A stretch of DNA of 63,364 bases, counting the filler, from Reticulomyxa filosa (taxonomy: Eukaryota; Protista; Foraminifera), in assembly GCA_000512085.1 (NCBI GenBank). It is 13 parts of 13 records of this genome, joined end to end, with 100 filler letters (N's around TTAATTAATTAA, not from the genome) between each part and the next. Parts side by side here need not be neighbours in the genome. Positions count along the whole stretch, not along the records: positions 9,985 to 12,723 come from ASPP01003713.1; positions 12,824 to 15,500 come from ASPP01002675.1; positions 15,601 to 18,951 come from ASPP01009676.1; positions 19,052 to 28,159 come from ASPP01019200.1; 9 more parts are not named here. One strand, written 5' to 3'. Shown here piece after piece: positions 11,969-25,375 of this stretch (position 1 is its first letter; each line of letters opens with the position of its first letter). The notes beneath the pieces were generated by a model. That model did not search any database. It saw only the letters and a list, made by a program, of their open reading frames with translations, and had not been told where the DNA came from. A program made the translations under genes and the position numbers.

Positions 11969-12865
11969 TTTAAAAAAAAAAAAAAAATTTGTTTTATTTA
12001 TATATTTTAAAAAAAAAGAAAACGCATTTTGACATAATTTGAGTTGTTAATTTTTTTGATAGATTCTCGGTTCTAAGTTTGATAACAGACATTGACGATT
12101 GAATTATTTCAATTTTGGAAATATTTGTCTATTGATTTACTAGTCTTGTGAAGTGATGCCAATTTAATTTTTCTTTTAAGATTTTGCCAAATGTTATACA
12201 CGTTTGATCATGTTCGCGATTGTTGCAAATGTTGACGATGTAGATTTAAATTGGAATAATGCATACGTGCTTGAAAGTGATAATTGAGGTCGGCAGCATG
12301 GACAAATGATCAAATTGGTTGGATTGTAGTCTCACTTACGTTGGTATCTGTTTCGCCGACAGACGAAGCAGCCGAAAAAGATGCAAGTTGATTGTCGACG
12401 TTAGCACGCAGATAATCGCTTGTATTCAGATCGCGTCGTGAAAATCTTGACCATTGTGCAGTAGTTTTATTCCAGCCAATAGTCTTGTCATCTTTCGCTT
12501 TTGTGTAAATAATGCACGCAACTAGTTACTCCCAACCCCCAGCGTCAGAAACATACAAGTGATATTGCACTTCATCGTCTTTCAAGGGAACACCGGTTCT
12601 GTAATGAATTCATTCAAGCCTGCAGTTAAGCTATAAATAGTAATTTAAGTTCAAAAGTTCAAAAGCATCCCCTTCCTAAAAGCACATTGTAATTTTTTTT
12701 TTGAATAGCTTCCCCTTTTTTTTNNNNNNNNNNNNNNNNNNNNNNNNNNNNNNNNNNNNNNNNNNNNTTAATTAATTAANNNNNNNNNNNNNNNNNNNNN
12801 NNNNNNNNNNNNNNNNNNNNNNNTTACTATTTTTAATTGAAATGTTTTGTTTGATTTGGTAAAAA

Positions 12866-14300
12866 ATGATGAAAGAAAAATGCGGTGATATTTTAAGTAA
12901 AGGTGGTCTCGACATAGTACTTGCTGTGATTCATGCTACCCAAGGAGATGTCGCAATTCAAATGTCATGTTGTGCTGCTTGTGTTATATTATGTGCTCAT
13001 CCTGCGCGTAAACAGTATGCTGCTACTGTAAATGGTGTACTTTATTTGTATCAAGGTATTCAAGGTCATATCAGTTATTGTCCATTTGTAATTTTGGCAT
13101 TTAATGCAGTATGTAATTTTATCACGATCATCCAAATATGTCTTTTTTTTTAATTATTTTAATTATTAAAAAAAATTGATTTAATGTTTGTAATCATTAA
13201 ATTTAGGACATCGAGTAATTGCATTAAAACGGAAGTAGTAAGTCAAATATTAAAAGGAATATCATATCATCGTGGAAAAGATGAAGGATCTCGTGTTCAT
13301 TCAGCAGGATGTTTGGCTTTGAGAAACACTGCAGCTGATCCAAAAGGACAAGGTGCTATTGGATCTGATGTGTAAGATTGACTGTGCTTCTGTATTAAAT
13401 AATTTGGGTATTTTTTTATAAATAAAATAAATTATTAATTGTAATATTACTTTATTTTCTCTTTTAAATAGACACTACATTGTTATTGAGTTTGGATCAA
13501 GGAATTGATTTATTAGTAAAAATATTGAAAAAGTCAGATGTTGATTCAATTCTATTTTTAAATCATTAAAAGTATTAACGGTGTTGTTGGTAAAATTACC
13601 TGATGATAATTTGGCTGGATGAAATAAAAAACAGAAGAAATTCTTCGAATCTTATAACGTGGTTTGATCGCATCAATTAATGAAGCAGTAAAATATGATA
13701 ATCAAGAATTACAAGAAATTTGTGCCACAATTTTGGTAGTAATGGCTCAAACAGCACCAAAATTAGCAAAAGCTATTGCTGATGCACCACCCAGTTGGTA
13801 CGTGTTGGTTTCATCAAATATTACATTGTATTTTTCCATATATCCGATGATTTTTCTAATCAATCCCGATTGGTAGAATAAGGAATTTTCAAGTTTTTAA
13901 CTTCTGAATGGTATAAACAGAAGATACTGTTAAATTGGAATGTGGTGTCTTTATTAACTTTTTTTCAAATGTCAGAAATCCACAAGTCATAAATGAATTT
14001 GAGAAAGAAATAGAATTTATTGATTATAAAAATGAATGCAGACCCGCATTGAAACAATTGTGTTGCCATTCAGGCTTCAATACATTTTTTATTTTTTTTA
14101 TAATATTATATATTATAATTAATAATTAAATAAATTTTTTGAAATTTATACAGAATGTATCGAAACAATTGGACCAAATGACTTCTGAATTACATGTCCA
14201 AGAAACATATAAAAAAGTTGAAACTAAAAAAGCAACAGACAACAATAACAAAGAAGAAACGCATAAAGAAATTCCACAAGATAAAAGACATCCAAATAAA
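12866..14300 (+). CDS. Armadillo/HEAT-repeat protein, multi-exon, partial and possibly degenerate
   Basis: ARM-like helices: KGGLDIVLAVI..IQMSCCAACVIL, SAGCLALRNTAAD, LQEICATILVVMA, ECGVFINFFSNV. Exon joins not fully resolved. Confidence 0.5.
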
Positions 14301-14669
14301 TAAATAAATTAGGAAAAGTATCAACAGATGTTGGACAAACTATTGCTCAAACTCGAAGCTCACAAACACAAGCCGCTAATCCAACAAGTAAAATTCATTC
14401 TGACTATGTTACAACTGGAAGCGGTGGTATACTTCAAGTGGATAAATTTTATACTATTATGTGCAAGATGAGTCAGTGAAGTCCATTATTAAAAAAAACT
14501 TGTTATGGATTTTTTTTTTCCAAAGCTTTTTTGTCTGCCATTGTGTTTTTTACTTTACAATGAGTTAACATTTTTTTACTTCAAAAAGCACAAGATAAAA
14601 CAGTGCGAATTTTTTGTCCACAAGAATAAAAAAAACAACAACAAAAACTCAATTTAATCGTCAGATTCC

Positions 14670-15313
14670 TCATGGTCTGGGTTGCACGACATCATCGATT
14701 TTCAAAATCATTTCGACAATTTGTGTGGCCAACAAATAAGATTATTGTTTGCCAAAAAAGTTTCAAAGACTTTTTTTAAATATCGCTATGTGATCATTGG
14801 TGATGCTAAACTCGAGTGTGCGAATGACCCCGCAATATCCCAATTTATCTGGAGAAAGTTCTTGGAAGCGACAGTCACGGTGTCGTAAATCGCCTCCAAA
14901 CGCTTCGTCGCAATTGCGCATGACGCTTAAAACCCTTGCCCTTGGGCAATGCGAATTGGATGGACCCCTTTTAACAATAACTTTTCCGCTTCTTCCAACA
15001 ATGCTCCTGCCAACACCACTCCAGTCGTCCCATATCCGACTCATCGTCTTGTGCTTTGCTCAGTTGTGCCAATAACTTGGCTATCTGATGGCCCACTTCC
15101 AGGTTGTCCAATATCGTCGCTCCATCGTTCGTCACTGTTATGTCTCCGTATGTGCTCACTATCATCTGTCTATCCCTTTTGGACCTAACGACATTTTCAA
15201 CAAGTTACTCATCGTTCGAGCCGCCAAAATATTCAACTTATGCACTTCCAGTCCTTTCAAACGTTACTTCTGATTTCACTCTCTTAAGATTATAAAAGGC
15301 GTCCAAGTTCATC
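14670..15313 (-). pseudogene. CCT5: Chaperonin CCT/TCP-1 epsilon subunit pseudogene with large internal deletion
   Basis: DELGRxFIILRE, [63 protein letters not shown], then a jump to C-terminal LATQIVEMILKIDDV. Several frameshifts and in-frame stops. Confidence 0.85.
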
Positions 15314-15629
15314 TCGCTGTGCTATTTTATGATTTATTTCGGAGTGTGTTTTTTTATTGTGATAATGAAAATAATTTTTTTTCTTATTTACTTTGTCGGT
15401 GGTTGTGTCGATCGTCTGGTGGACCTTCTTGTTGGCCGTCGAATTGGTCTTGTTGGTACAGTAGATTGAAAAAAAAACCGCCATACCTAAATGGCACTAT
15501 NNNNNNNNNNNNNNNNNNNNNNNNNNNNNNNNNNNNNNNNNNNNTTAATTAATTAANNNNNNNNNNNNNNNNNNNNNNNNNNNNNNNNNNNNNNNNNNNN
15601 TAAAAAAAAAAAAAAAAAAAAAAGAAATA

Positions 15630-16562
15630 AACAATGGAAACCTCATTTTGCGCCAAAATCTCGCTCATACGGTCTTTGTTCTTTTGCAGATAATTCCATT
15701 TCAATACTGCAATCCACAAGTGCTCTTCACTGAGTTGGATAAAATCAGATTGGATCATTTGAATGAACAAATGGGCAGGGACATTGGCCAAGAAATAACA
15801 ACTGTCAAACATTTCTTCCAGTTCATAAGGTGGTCTAAACCAAAATACTTTCAAACAAGATTCAACCGCAAATTGCTTGCGTTTTCCTTCATTGCTTGCT
15901 TTCAACAACATTTGAAAGGCTTCTCGCCAGGTTATTTGATTTTGTAAATACAAACAACATAAATTTTCTAATTCCGTCACGCGATACTTGCTTGCTACCT
16001 TTTTTTTTTTATGTTTTTTTTCCCCATTCCCTCCCTCTCTCCCCCTTTTTAAAATTTTTTCTTTATTTTGTTAGCTTGTGTATGGCACCCACTTAACTTG
16101 CAAGGTATCAAAGACATTTTCAATGGATAAATTCACGTTATCTGAATACGCAAACTCTAACAACGACCGAAAGCCAACCGGGCTATCGTCAGGCAATTCC
16201 ACACAACTGTTTGGTTTGGCTTCTTTCATGGGCAAAGTATTTAGCATTGCATTGAACACTGGACTGCAAATACACAATAACAATCGGTTACATTTAAATT
16301 CTTGTTTTGTTGCCAATCCACTTTCATGTATTTCTTCCTCTTTTTCTTTTTTCTCTTTTTCATTGATTTTCGATGACTGAAGTTTGGCAACTATATCTGG
16401 AGTCGTAAGTTGAAACGCACTTTTTTCGTCACTTCCTACGACAAATGTTACATCACATAATATTTGACTTTTTAGTGCTCCTAATAAACGCTTTGGCAAA
16501 GGTTTGGTAAAATCATTGAACACTTCTATATTTGTTTCCAACTCCAAATCCAAAGACGTCAT
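15630..16562 (-). CDS. BTB/POZ-BACK domain protein, 3'-partial
   Basis: LCDVTFVVG, FKCNRLLLCICSPVFNAML, VELPDDSPVGFRSLLEFAYS (BTB). Second exon IQSDFIQLSEEHLWIAVLKW (BACK). Confidence 0.85.
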
Positions 16563-16808
16563 TTTAAAATTTTTTTAGAAAGCTCTGTTTTTGCACTCCT
16601 TTCTGTCTTTCCTAAGTTTTTATAACACTTCTTGACAAATTAAAGCTATCGAAAATACTGTCCTTGGTTATTAGTTAGAATATGGATTTATTTTAAAAAA
16701 CGTGCGAATGAGAGGTACGTAGGAAAAAAAATCAATGAAAAAATGGTTAATTTACTTTCTAACTGTAGTGAAACAGAAGAAAAGAAAAGAGGAACAAGCA
16801 ATAAAATG

Positions 16809-18951
16809 CTATATTTTGTATGAGTCAATAGGCAAGCGTTCAAAGTGCTGAAGACTATCAAACAGCCATTGAGCTGATACAATCGGTTTGTTTCGGATAT
16901 TTTTGCCAGCAATTTTGGGTTCAATTTCCTTTTCGCTGATGATATAATCGTAGTCACAGCTGTCGTCCATAACAACATTTGCACCACAGAGTTCGACCAA
17001 AGTTTCGAGCTGTGCAGAGGTGGGAAAGACATTGTAGTTTTCTCGTCCTTGTCGAACATGGACGCGTAAGCCGTGAAAAAGTGTTTGTTTTTTTGTTTTT
17101 TCGGCGCTTTCATCCAATGGTTTGGTGTAATGAGACCATTGAAATGCGTCCGGCGGCAGCCATTTCCCTTCGTTGAAAGACTGTTCGATCCACTCCGAAG
17201 TCACAATCCACGTAGCACGAGCCAAGCCGATCAGCACTTTCATTGTTCGTGCGCCAGTTTGGCTGACGACTACAGTGTAGTTTGATATGTCTTTCAGATC
17301 CTCTGTCACTTTGTGCCCATTATCTCGATCCATATGGTTCAAACATTTGATGCAATCAGACATATGTTCTTTCCAATCTGTTGCACATTGCGAAGCGTTA
17401 TTGTCGTTGCTGTCACCACTGTTCTTTTCATTGTCTTTTTTTGATTTCTTTTTTTCATTTTTCATGGACACGTCTGTTTTTGTTTCGTTTGCGGTAATTG
17501 GACTACCACTGAGCACTATATTCCTCTAACGCAAAAGATACACATATACATATATGTACATGCATACAAATATATTTATGGTAGATAACTTTTGTATGCA
17601 ACACAATCAAAAAGGTGAAGCAATAGAATACAAATCAAGTCAATAAATAATAAATAATAATAAAACAAACTAAGTAAAAGACGCTTTCGATTTGTGATTG
17701 CTTTTTCTTTATTTGCTCATATAAATCTTGGGTTTTTTTTTGGCCTTTTTTGCGGGTGGACCTTTGGCTCCATCTTTTTTGAACGTACCGTCATTGGGCG
17801 AGTCGCTTTCTTCCATCGTTTGCTTGCTTCTTTTTCGTTGCGCTTTCGCTTTTGAGTTGTCTTGATCGTCAGTACTCTTTTTTTGGCCTTTATTGGCGTT
17901 GATATCTGTGTTTTCTCGATCACTTCCGTCCTTGCTTTGACTGACCCTTTTTGTTTTGTTGTTGTTGGTGTTAGCTTGTATTTTACTTCTCTTTATTATG
18001 CAATTGTGATTTGTGAATGACACAAAACTCTTCGTGCTCTTCCTCTGCCTTTCTTTCGATTTCGCTGTCGCTGAGGTCTTTATAATCAGTGGTTTGGGGC
18101 CGTCGTACCGTGGTTCGCGACGCCTTGACGGAGGGTCGAGATTGCAAAAGAGGGTCAGTGCTTGACTCCGAGTCATCATTAACCAAATACTCCTCGTCTT
18201 CCTCATTTTTGCGTGGGCCTTTCTTTTTGCGAGGATTCTTTTGAGAGGTCTTTTTTTGTTTTTTGGAATTTTTCGAGTTTGCGGCTGTTGTCGCTGTTCC
18301 CTCTGTGCTTTCTTTTGCTTTTTTGTCATCTTTTTTATCGTTCTTTTTATTATCTTTTTTATTGTTCTTTTTGTTTGTCTCTTTTGCATTTGACACGATG
18401 GCTATTTCATCACCATCATCATCAACATCATCTTCTTCTTCTTCTTGTTTTTTTTTTGAGAGTCTTTGTTTTGCAGTAGCAACAGCAGTGCCGGTGCCCT
18501 TCTTCTTATTCTTTTGTGTTATCATTTCGTCTTTGCCATTGCGTTTGTCCGACTTCTTAGGCAAAATGCGCTCGTCTTCACTCACATTTGAGTTATCATC
18601 GATCTTGTCCTTTTCGGGTGTCAAGGTAAGTCGTGTCGGCAAACCGCGATTGCTATTGACGGGCGCTATTGCCAATGTGTCCAAACCATCATTTTTGTCT
18701 TTATCTTTGGACTTCGTTTTCGGTAATGCGTCCTTGGATTTTTTGCTTTTCCATTGGTAGAAGCAACCTCTTTTTTTTCTTATCTTTGTCACCATAATCA
18801 TTTTCTTCTTCTTCTTCTTCTTCATCGTGCAACTCAGTGTTCCCTTTTTTGTTCACTTTTGCTTTACCTTTGGCGTCCGTTTTCGTCTGTGTTTTCGACT
18901 TCGTTTTTGCATCGTCAACGCCGTTTTTGTCTTGTTTTTTTTGCTATCTTT
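16809..18951 (-). CDS. Tandem-BRCT protein (MCPH1/PTIP/MDC1-like C-terminus) with K/D/E-rich disordered N-terminus; 5'-partial
   Basis: GARTMKVLIGLARATWIVTSEWIEQS and LFHGLRVHV..LETLVELCGA..PIVSAQWLFDSL are BRCT motifs. A 40-nt GT-AG intron near 17947-17986 joins ORF 17983..18825 to the frame of 17709..18389. Confidence 0.8.
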
Positions 18952-19059
18952 NNNNNNNNNNNNNNNNNNNNNNNNNNNNNNNNNNNNNNNNNNNNTTAAT
19001 TAATTAANNNNNNNNNNNNNNNNNNNNNNNNNNNNNNNNNNNNNNNNNNNNATATACAT

Positions 19060-20380
19060 ATATGATACTTGCAAGGTTTTTATTTGAACAGGTGGCAACT
19101 AAGGTCCCATCAGGCTTTAACAGTCTACAGTTGTCATACAATGCATTTGTCTTTCGCGTATACATTTGTGTGCGATAGAGTTTGGAATTGCAAGATTTGG
19201 AGTTGGAATCGGATAAAGAAGAAGAAGACGGAGAAATGGAGCCATCATCGAGTGTTTGCGCTTTTTTCTTGCGAACGATTTTGTGCTCCAACTTTTCGAC
19301 TTTGTGATCACTGGCGCAGCCGTCGACAAATTTGGAGGCAAGTAAAAACTTTGGAGTGGCTCGAATCTGGTCGTACAGGTCCCGATAAAACAGAGTCTCG
19401 TCTAGAGGCTCTAACAAATCGCAAGCAGACTCCAACGTCGATGATGAAGCAGAGGAAGGGAGAGTTGCACATTTACGTTTTTCGAGAAAAATATTATTTC
19501 GAAATGTCAAGAATTGCGAATAAGAAAGAGAATAGCAATGACATAAAGTGACAAATAAAAAAAGAGAAATGATACTATCATCGGCAGCATAAAAAAGTTG
19601 GTCCTCACTCAAATGAGTTAACTCCCAATTCGAAAGAGTGATCTCCTTGCTTTTTTTCATTGCTACGTTCAAAAATTTTTTTGCTAAGTCATCCAAACGG
19701 TAAATCTGTTGCTGCGGGATAGACTTTTCTTCTTCATTATTATTCTTTCCCTCCAAAGATTGCAACTGCGACGGCACATAAGATGTCACCATGTCTTCGT
19801 AAAATACACTTTGCTTCAACATATGAGTTAGTTCGATGCATCCGCGAACACTGATCGAATAGTCTTCAAATAATTTCTTTGCATCTCCGGTTATATTCAC
19901 TCCAACTTTCCACACTCTTTTTTTTTTAAAAAAAAAAGAGTCTGTTCTTTTTTTTTCTCTATTATAAAAAAAACAAAACTTTTTGTTTTGTAAAATGTCG
20001 ATAAGCTCTTGTGGAATATATTGCAATTGCTGCATTTGAATCAAAATGCATATGTCAAAGGCCGCCAATTGTAACAGTGAGATCCTGTTTACTGCTTCGC
20101 CGCTGAAATATGGCTTCCATTCGCAGTCCAAACCAATGCATGTTGGCTCTTGTTTCAACAGTTGCTTCACATTCTCTTCTACGGATACTACGTCGTTGCA
20201 TACCACTATTCTTACTCCTCTTTGCTTTCGCTCCTTTGCTTTCTCCCCTCTTAGTCTTGGCTCTCTTTCCTTTTTCACTCGCTTGTACTTCCATATTAAG
20301 TACACACTTGCCCAGGTCAGACAGATCCAAACTACTACTTCCAGCCAAGAGATTGATCTCAACTTGGTCATTACTTCCAT
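19060..20380 (-). CDS. EXD2: Exonuclease 3'-5' domain-containing protein 2, 3'-partial
   Basis: N-terminal TM helix, DEDDy motifs (IGLDCEW, DAKKL, SNWE..LSEDQLFYAADD) and start of the EXD2-type HNH-like region LYDNCRLLKPDGTLVATC. Confidence 0.85.
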
Positions 20381-20701
20381 TTCAATGAAAAGTCAAGCAA
20401 AAAAATGTACAATATTTGAAATCAATAAAAAAAATGGAATATCAAAGTAATTTTTTTACCTTTTTTTTGACAAAAACGTTCTGAAAAGTTGATCGAACAA
20501 CCTTTGTTTGTCAACAAGAAGTAGAAATAGTAGTTAAATTAGCACTGCCAATTTTTTGAAGCAGACAACACCGTCATTTTTTTGCTTAATATTTCCGAAA
20601 ACACTTTTCATTTTTGAGAGCTGAGTCTAATTTTTACATTTATTAGTTCCATTTATCTTTAGTTTACGTACTTTAGAAATGATTTTCAAGGCACTTGCTA
20701 T

Positions 20702-20890
20702 TGTAGGAACAATTAGAGCGACTAAGTGTAATACAAAAGGAAAGTAGTTCCGAAAGTAAATTAATAGAATAATTACAACGAAATAAAGAAAAAAGCAAAA
20801 GACAAGAGAAAGTGAGAAGAAAGTTTAGCTCACTGGGGGCTCCAGGGTTCACTTAGAACTTTGGCATTCATAATAGGAGCTTACCTTACA
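20702..20890. mobile_element. Solo-LTR-like / TG...CA element, copy 2
   Basis: Termini TGTAGG...CCTTACA, flanks CTAT/CTAC (3 of 4 match). Homologous to 10143-10353. Confidence 0.7.
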
Positions 20891-21047
20891 CTACAATAAT
20901 ATTGCTTTTTTAGCAATGGGCGAATTGTGGCAAAGAAAAAAAAGGAAATCTTTTTTTCGACTGAGCTTAAGAATGAGCAAGTCCAAAGAGTTTAAACCTT
21001 CAACTGTCATATGTATATCGAGGGACAAAAAAAAGTTGAACAATAAA

Positions 21048-23376
21048 TCAATGCAAAGACTTGACGGCGACAGGACCAAACCATGAAATATTGTTTGTGT
21101 AAGCCTTTTCATAAGAAGCTTTGTTCATGACCTCAACAAATCTGCCTTTGCCGATTACCTGGCCCTCTGCAAGGATGGCAAAAGTGTTAAAAAGTGGACT
21201 GACACTAAAAACGGAGCCAGTAGTCTTTGTAAAGACCGCAAAGACACGGAAGGAAGAGATGGAATGTAATTTCCACCAAGGGGTAGAATCGGAGTGAACA
21301 TTTCGAATAGTAGCCAGCAACTGCAAATTATGTTGTTCATCGACAAAGGAAAGAATTAAGTGCAAGATGCTTTCCGGGAGCGTTTGTTTGCATTCGAACA
21401 TTTGAAATACTTTATCTGCAAGAAAGTACCCGTAATAATCAGTATCAAAGTATAGCCAACAATAACAATTTCCATGGAAGCCACCATGTTACACATCGAA
21501 ATGAGAAGCTGCGATTTTCTCGAGTACGTATACTCGAAGCCTTTTTTCAATCTAATGTCCATTACGCATACTTCAATATTGATGCGACACCAGCCATCTC
21601 CGATCAATCGAAGTGGAAGTGGGCCTATCGTCGTTGTCGCTGTCGCCGTCTTTGTTATAACTTTGGATGGCATTCCAAATAACATAGTTTTTGCTAGGCA
21701 CATTTTGTGTTTCGCTTGGAAATATTGCAACCCTTCACTCAACTTCACTCGCAAACCTACCATTGCTTTGCCATTGGCTCCGCTTTTGAGACTACGTTGG
21801 ATCTGTCCGTGTATCGTATCTCTTCCAATTGCACCGATACATGCGCTGGCTCTAAAGTAAACTTGTACGTACTCTGCAACGACTCCAAGTCTAACTCGCC
21901 TTGCTTCGGGTTGCATCGCACTATTCCTATTACCACCATATCTGAGAACTCTATCTCTTCCCCTTGTTTTTCAGAGTCCCATTTTTTTTTTGCTTTTGTA
22001 TTCAACGTTGTTTCAAAAAAAAGAAAAAGACAAACAAACCATGGAGCCGTAAATGGTTGACATACTGGGTTAGTTGGTCAAAACTCTGTCATATTTTTAA
22101 AAATTTTTAAAAAGAGCACTAAAAAAGTAGAGGCTGTTATTTCACTCTTTTTTTTTTTAAAATTGTTTTATTAAAGGATACCAAAAAAAAAAATGTCATC
22201 AACTTTGAAACAAGAATCACATTGGAACTCTTTGTGATCAAGATGACGCTGGAGATGATACAACAACCAATACTTGCTCGAAAATCGCTTAAAGCAAAAT
22301 TGACATTCAAACAACTCTAACGTATAAATATATATTTTTTTTAGGAATTGACGTATGTATCGAAATGTCTTTACAAGCATTCACTCCTTTTTTTTCCTCT
22401 CCCCTCCTCCAAGGGATAGGACAGCAAAAGTTATACACAAGCTTGTATACGTATACCTAGCATGTGATGTGTATGTATACAATATATAATTTTTTGCAAA
22501 AAAAAAAATACTTTTTGCTTGATGAACATATGATGGAATGAAACACTCAAAAATGGACATAGTAATAAGCTCTTTATTGTAAAAAATGGAGTCTGACGAA
22601 ATGGAGCAACAATGAACGGAAATCCATTTGAACAAGTCTTGGCAAACATGTCGAGTAGTAGTGGATGTAATCAACGGGATCTGGCTCCAAAGTGTCGACC
22701 CTACAAGCCAGAGCCGCAAATAACCTTGCACATTTTCTCGAGTCACTTGCTCTGGCTCCAACAAACAATTGTTCTCGTGAAAATCTGTGAACTTCGGGTG
22801 TACGTGCACTACAATAAGTTTTTGCGAGGAAGGTCTCGATGCAGCTACGTTGGAGCCACTTGCGCCTGCGCTCGTGTCAACGTGAGAAGCAGTTTGCTTT
22901 GTGTTTAATGGAAAATTGAAATGAATGCGACCCAGTTCCATTTGCAATTTATGGAGCCAATACTTCGCAAGTACTTTTGAATTTTGGAATGCTTTTTGCT
23001 TCGAAAACATTTCCTTCCAAAGTACTTGCTTGCCTCCCTTTTCGCATAATGAGGTACCAATATGCTCCATCCATTTGCATATGCTATCATCCATTGAAAA
23101 TAAAATAATATCGCTTACATCCATCATTCGCGTCAATAAATGCACATTCGCACATGATTTCCAATTATTAAATACAAACCAATCCGTTTCGTTTCCTACC
23201 TTCTCTTCCTCGTTTTCTTCACTTTTTCCACTTCCTGACGTGCTATAAACTGTGTAATTTTTTCTGTGTCGCACTTCCACCTTTCCCTTTTCTTTCAAAT
23301 TATGCAACAAATTTTCTGAATAATGTAATCCCTCCTGAGATAAATCCTCCAATACTAGAATTTTTAAACCAGGCAT
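21048..23376 (-). CDS. C2H2 zinc-finger protein, multi-exon; 3' part may be degenerate
   Basis: Long first exon (22381..23382), then FECQFCFKRFSSKYWLLYHLQRH and, across an intron, FQCDSCFKSFDQLTQYVNHLRLH. Splices on to KKWDSEKQGEE... Later exons contain stops in my reconstruction. Confidence 0.6.
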
Positions 23377-23713
23377 TGTCAATATTGAAAAGAAGATTCA
23401 TCTCCTTTCCAAAAAAAACTCCAAAATAAACTGTCTATGATCGTGTACAAAAATTTCATTTCTCTATTTCTTTCATACTATTTTTTCAATTTATGCAATT
23501 TTCAAATCTATTGGTAGGGTTGCTTGGTAATAAAACTTCTTTAAAATTGTTTGCAAAATATCCTCGAGAATTGCAGAAATATTTCTTATTTAAATTGAAT
23601 AATTAAAACTAATTCCTTTAAAGCCAAAGGAAATCAAGGTGGTTTACAAAAAGAACTGAAAAAAGGGGCGGGAAAAAAAATTGAAATAATTATAGCCGTC
23701 AAAAAGGTAAAGG

Positions 23714-25375
23714 ATGGTAAAAACTCTTCTTGAGAATCTCCGAAAACAGCCAGTAGTGGTTCGCCAGCATTTTGCTTTTCCGACTCAAATAAATTGGTAT
23801 CCAGGACATATGAGTAAGGCCATGCGACAGCTCAAGGAGCACTTTTATCCGAGAACGCACATAATATTGGAAGTGAGAGATGCACGCATTCCGATATCCT
23901 CAGAGCATCCCATGTTTAAGCCAAATGAGAGAGACGAAGAGGAGCAAAAATATTCTATGGTGGATAAGCCACGACTGGTATTATTTAATAAAGCGGATAT
24001 TTTGGGTTTATCAGAGCGTCAGCGATTAAAGGATTGGATCGACAAAAAACAGCAAGTCAATATTTTGTATTTGTAACGTGTGAAACAAAAAAAAAAAAAA
24101 AAAGCGAGAAATTTCTCGCACCCAATCAAAAACCCTTAAAAGTAAAAAGTGTAAAACGAAAGTTAAAAACAAAGAAATAAAATAAACAAAACTCAAAAAT
24201 GAGAAAAGTAGAAATCGGGGCGATGTAGTTACGTGATCGGAAAAGCAGATAAATATAGTCGAAGCTTTGGGAAATTAGTGGTGGGCGAGCTGCAGCGGTT
24301 GTGTAAAGAGCACGAGATCCAAGGCAGTGCAAATGTGGTGAAAAACGTGTCAGTGAAGATGCAGCTGAACCAATTACACAAACAGCAACCACAGCGAGTA
24401 GCAAAGCGAAGTAAAAGACAGACAAAAAATGTCAATGATGACGATCGTGATGATGATAATGATGATGATATTCATGATGAAAATGATGATGACGAAGAAA
24501 TGGAAGAAAGAGAAATGGAATCGGGACACTCGAAATCGGCCTTGTCATCGCCGACGTCACCGATAATGGTGGCGGTGATGGGATATCCAAACACGGGCAA
24601 ATCGACCGTGATCAATGCGCTGCGTGCGTTGCACCATCGCAAAGACAGTGCGGTGATGGGCAAAAGGCCTGGTGTCACCAAGCACATTTCCTATTTCAAA
24701 TTGTCTAGTGATCCTGTACACATGTTCTTGCTCGACACGCCAGGCATTTTTGTGCCCAATGTCCAATACCAAAGTTTGGCATAACATTTGAGAAAAACAA
24801 GATGAGACTAAGATTGAGATTGGAGGTCAACACTCCAAGAGGTGAGGAGGAGAAACAAACACACACACACACACACACAAAACGTGAACTTTTTTTTTTT
24901 TTTTTTTGTAGTATCATCAAGGATTGATCAATTTATCAAATTAAAAAAAAAAAAAAAAATTGGAATTTTTTTTTTTTTAAATAGAAAATAACAAATGAAA
25001 GACAATAATAACAAAGATGGACAGAATGAGGAAATGATCGGTCGGGCTTTGAGGATTGGCATTTGTGGCGGACTTGCTGAACACGTGGTTGGCCCCCAAT
25101 TGTTAGCGGACTACGCATTGTTCGTTCTGAATCGCAAGCAGAGCGTCGAGCGCTATATGAAATATTGCGGGTGCAAACAACCCACTGACGACATTGACTT
25201 CCTTATGACTTGTCTCGCCAAAAAAGACGGCCTGATGCGGACGTACATCGACAAGGCCACTGCCAGCCATGTCACCGAAATTGACGAATACAGAACTGCT
25301 GAACGCTTTGTTCAATGGTTCCGAGAAGGAAAACTCGACGACTCCATCCTCGATGATCTCACTGTTTCCATTTAA
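23714..25375 (+). CDS. MTG1: Circularly permuted ribosome-biogenesis GTPase RbgA/YlqF (mitochondrial GTPase 1), three exon blocks
   Basis: INWYPGHMSKAMRQL, EVRDARIPISS, G4 NKAD preceding G1 GYPNTGKST, G2 PGVTK, G3 DTPG, C-terminal FREGKL. Confidence 0.92.

Noticed and set aside
12320-12620. Minus-strand coding-like stretch (IHYRTGVPLKDDEVQYHLY...)
   Set aside because: Internal stop and no recognisable motif; a possible relic that cannot be assigned.
18213-18999. Plus-strand Phe/Leu/Ser-rich ORFs resembling membrane proteins
   Set aside because: Antisense of the K/E/D-rich BRCT gene.
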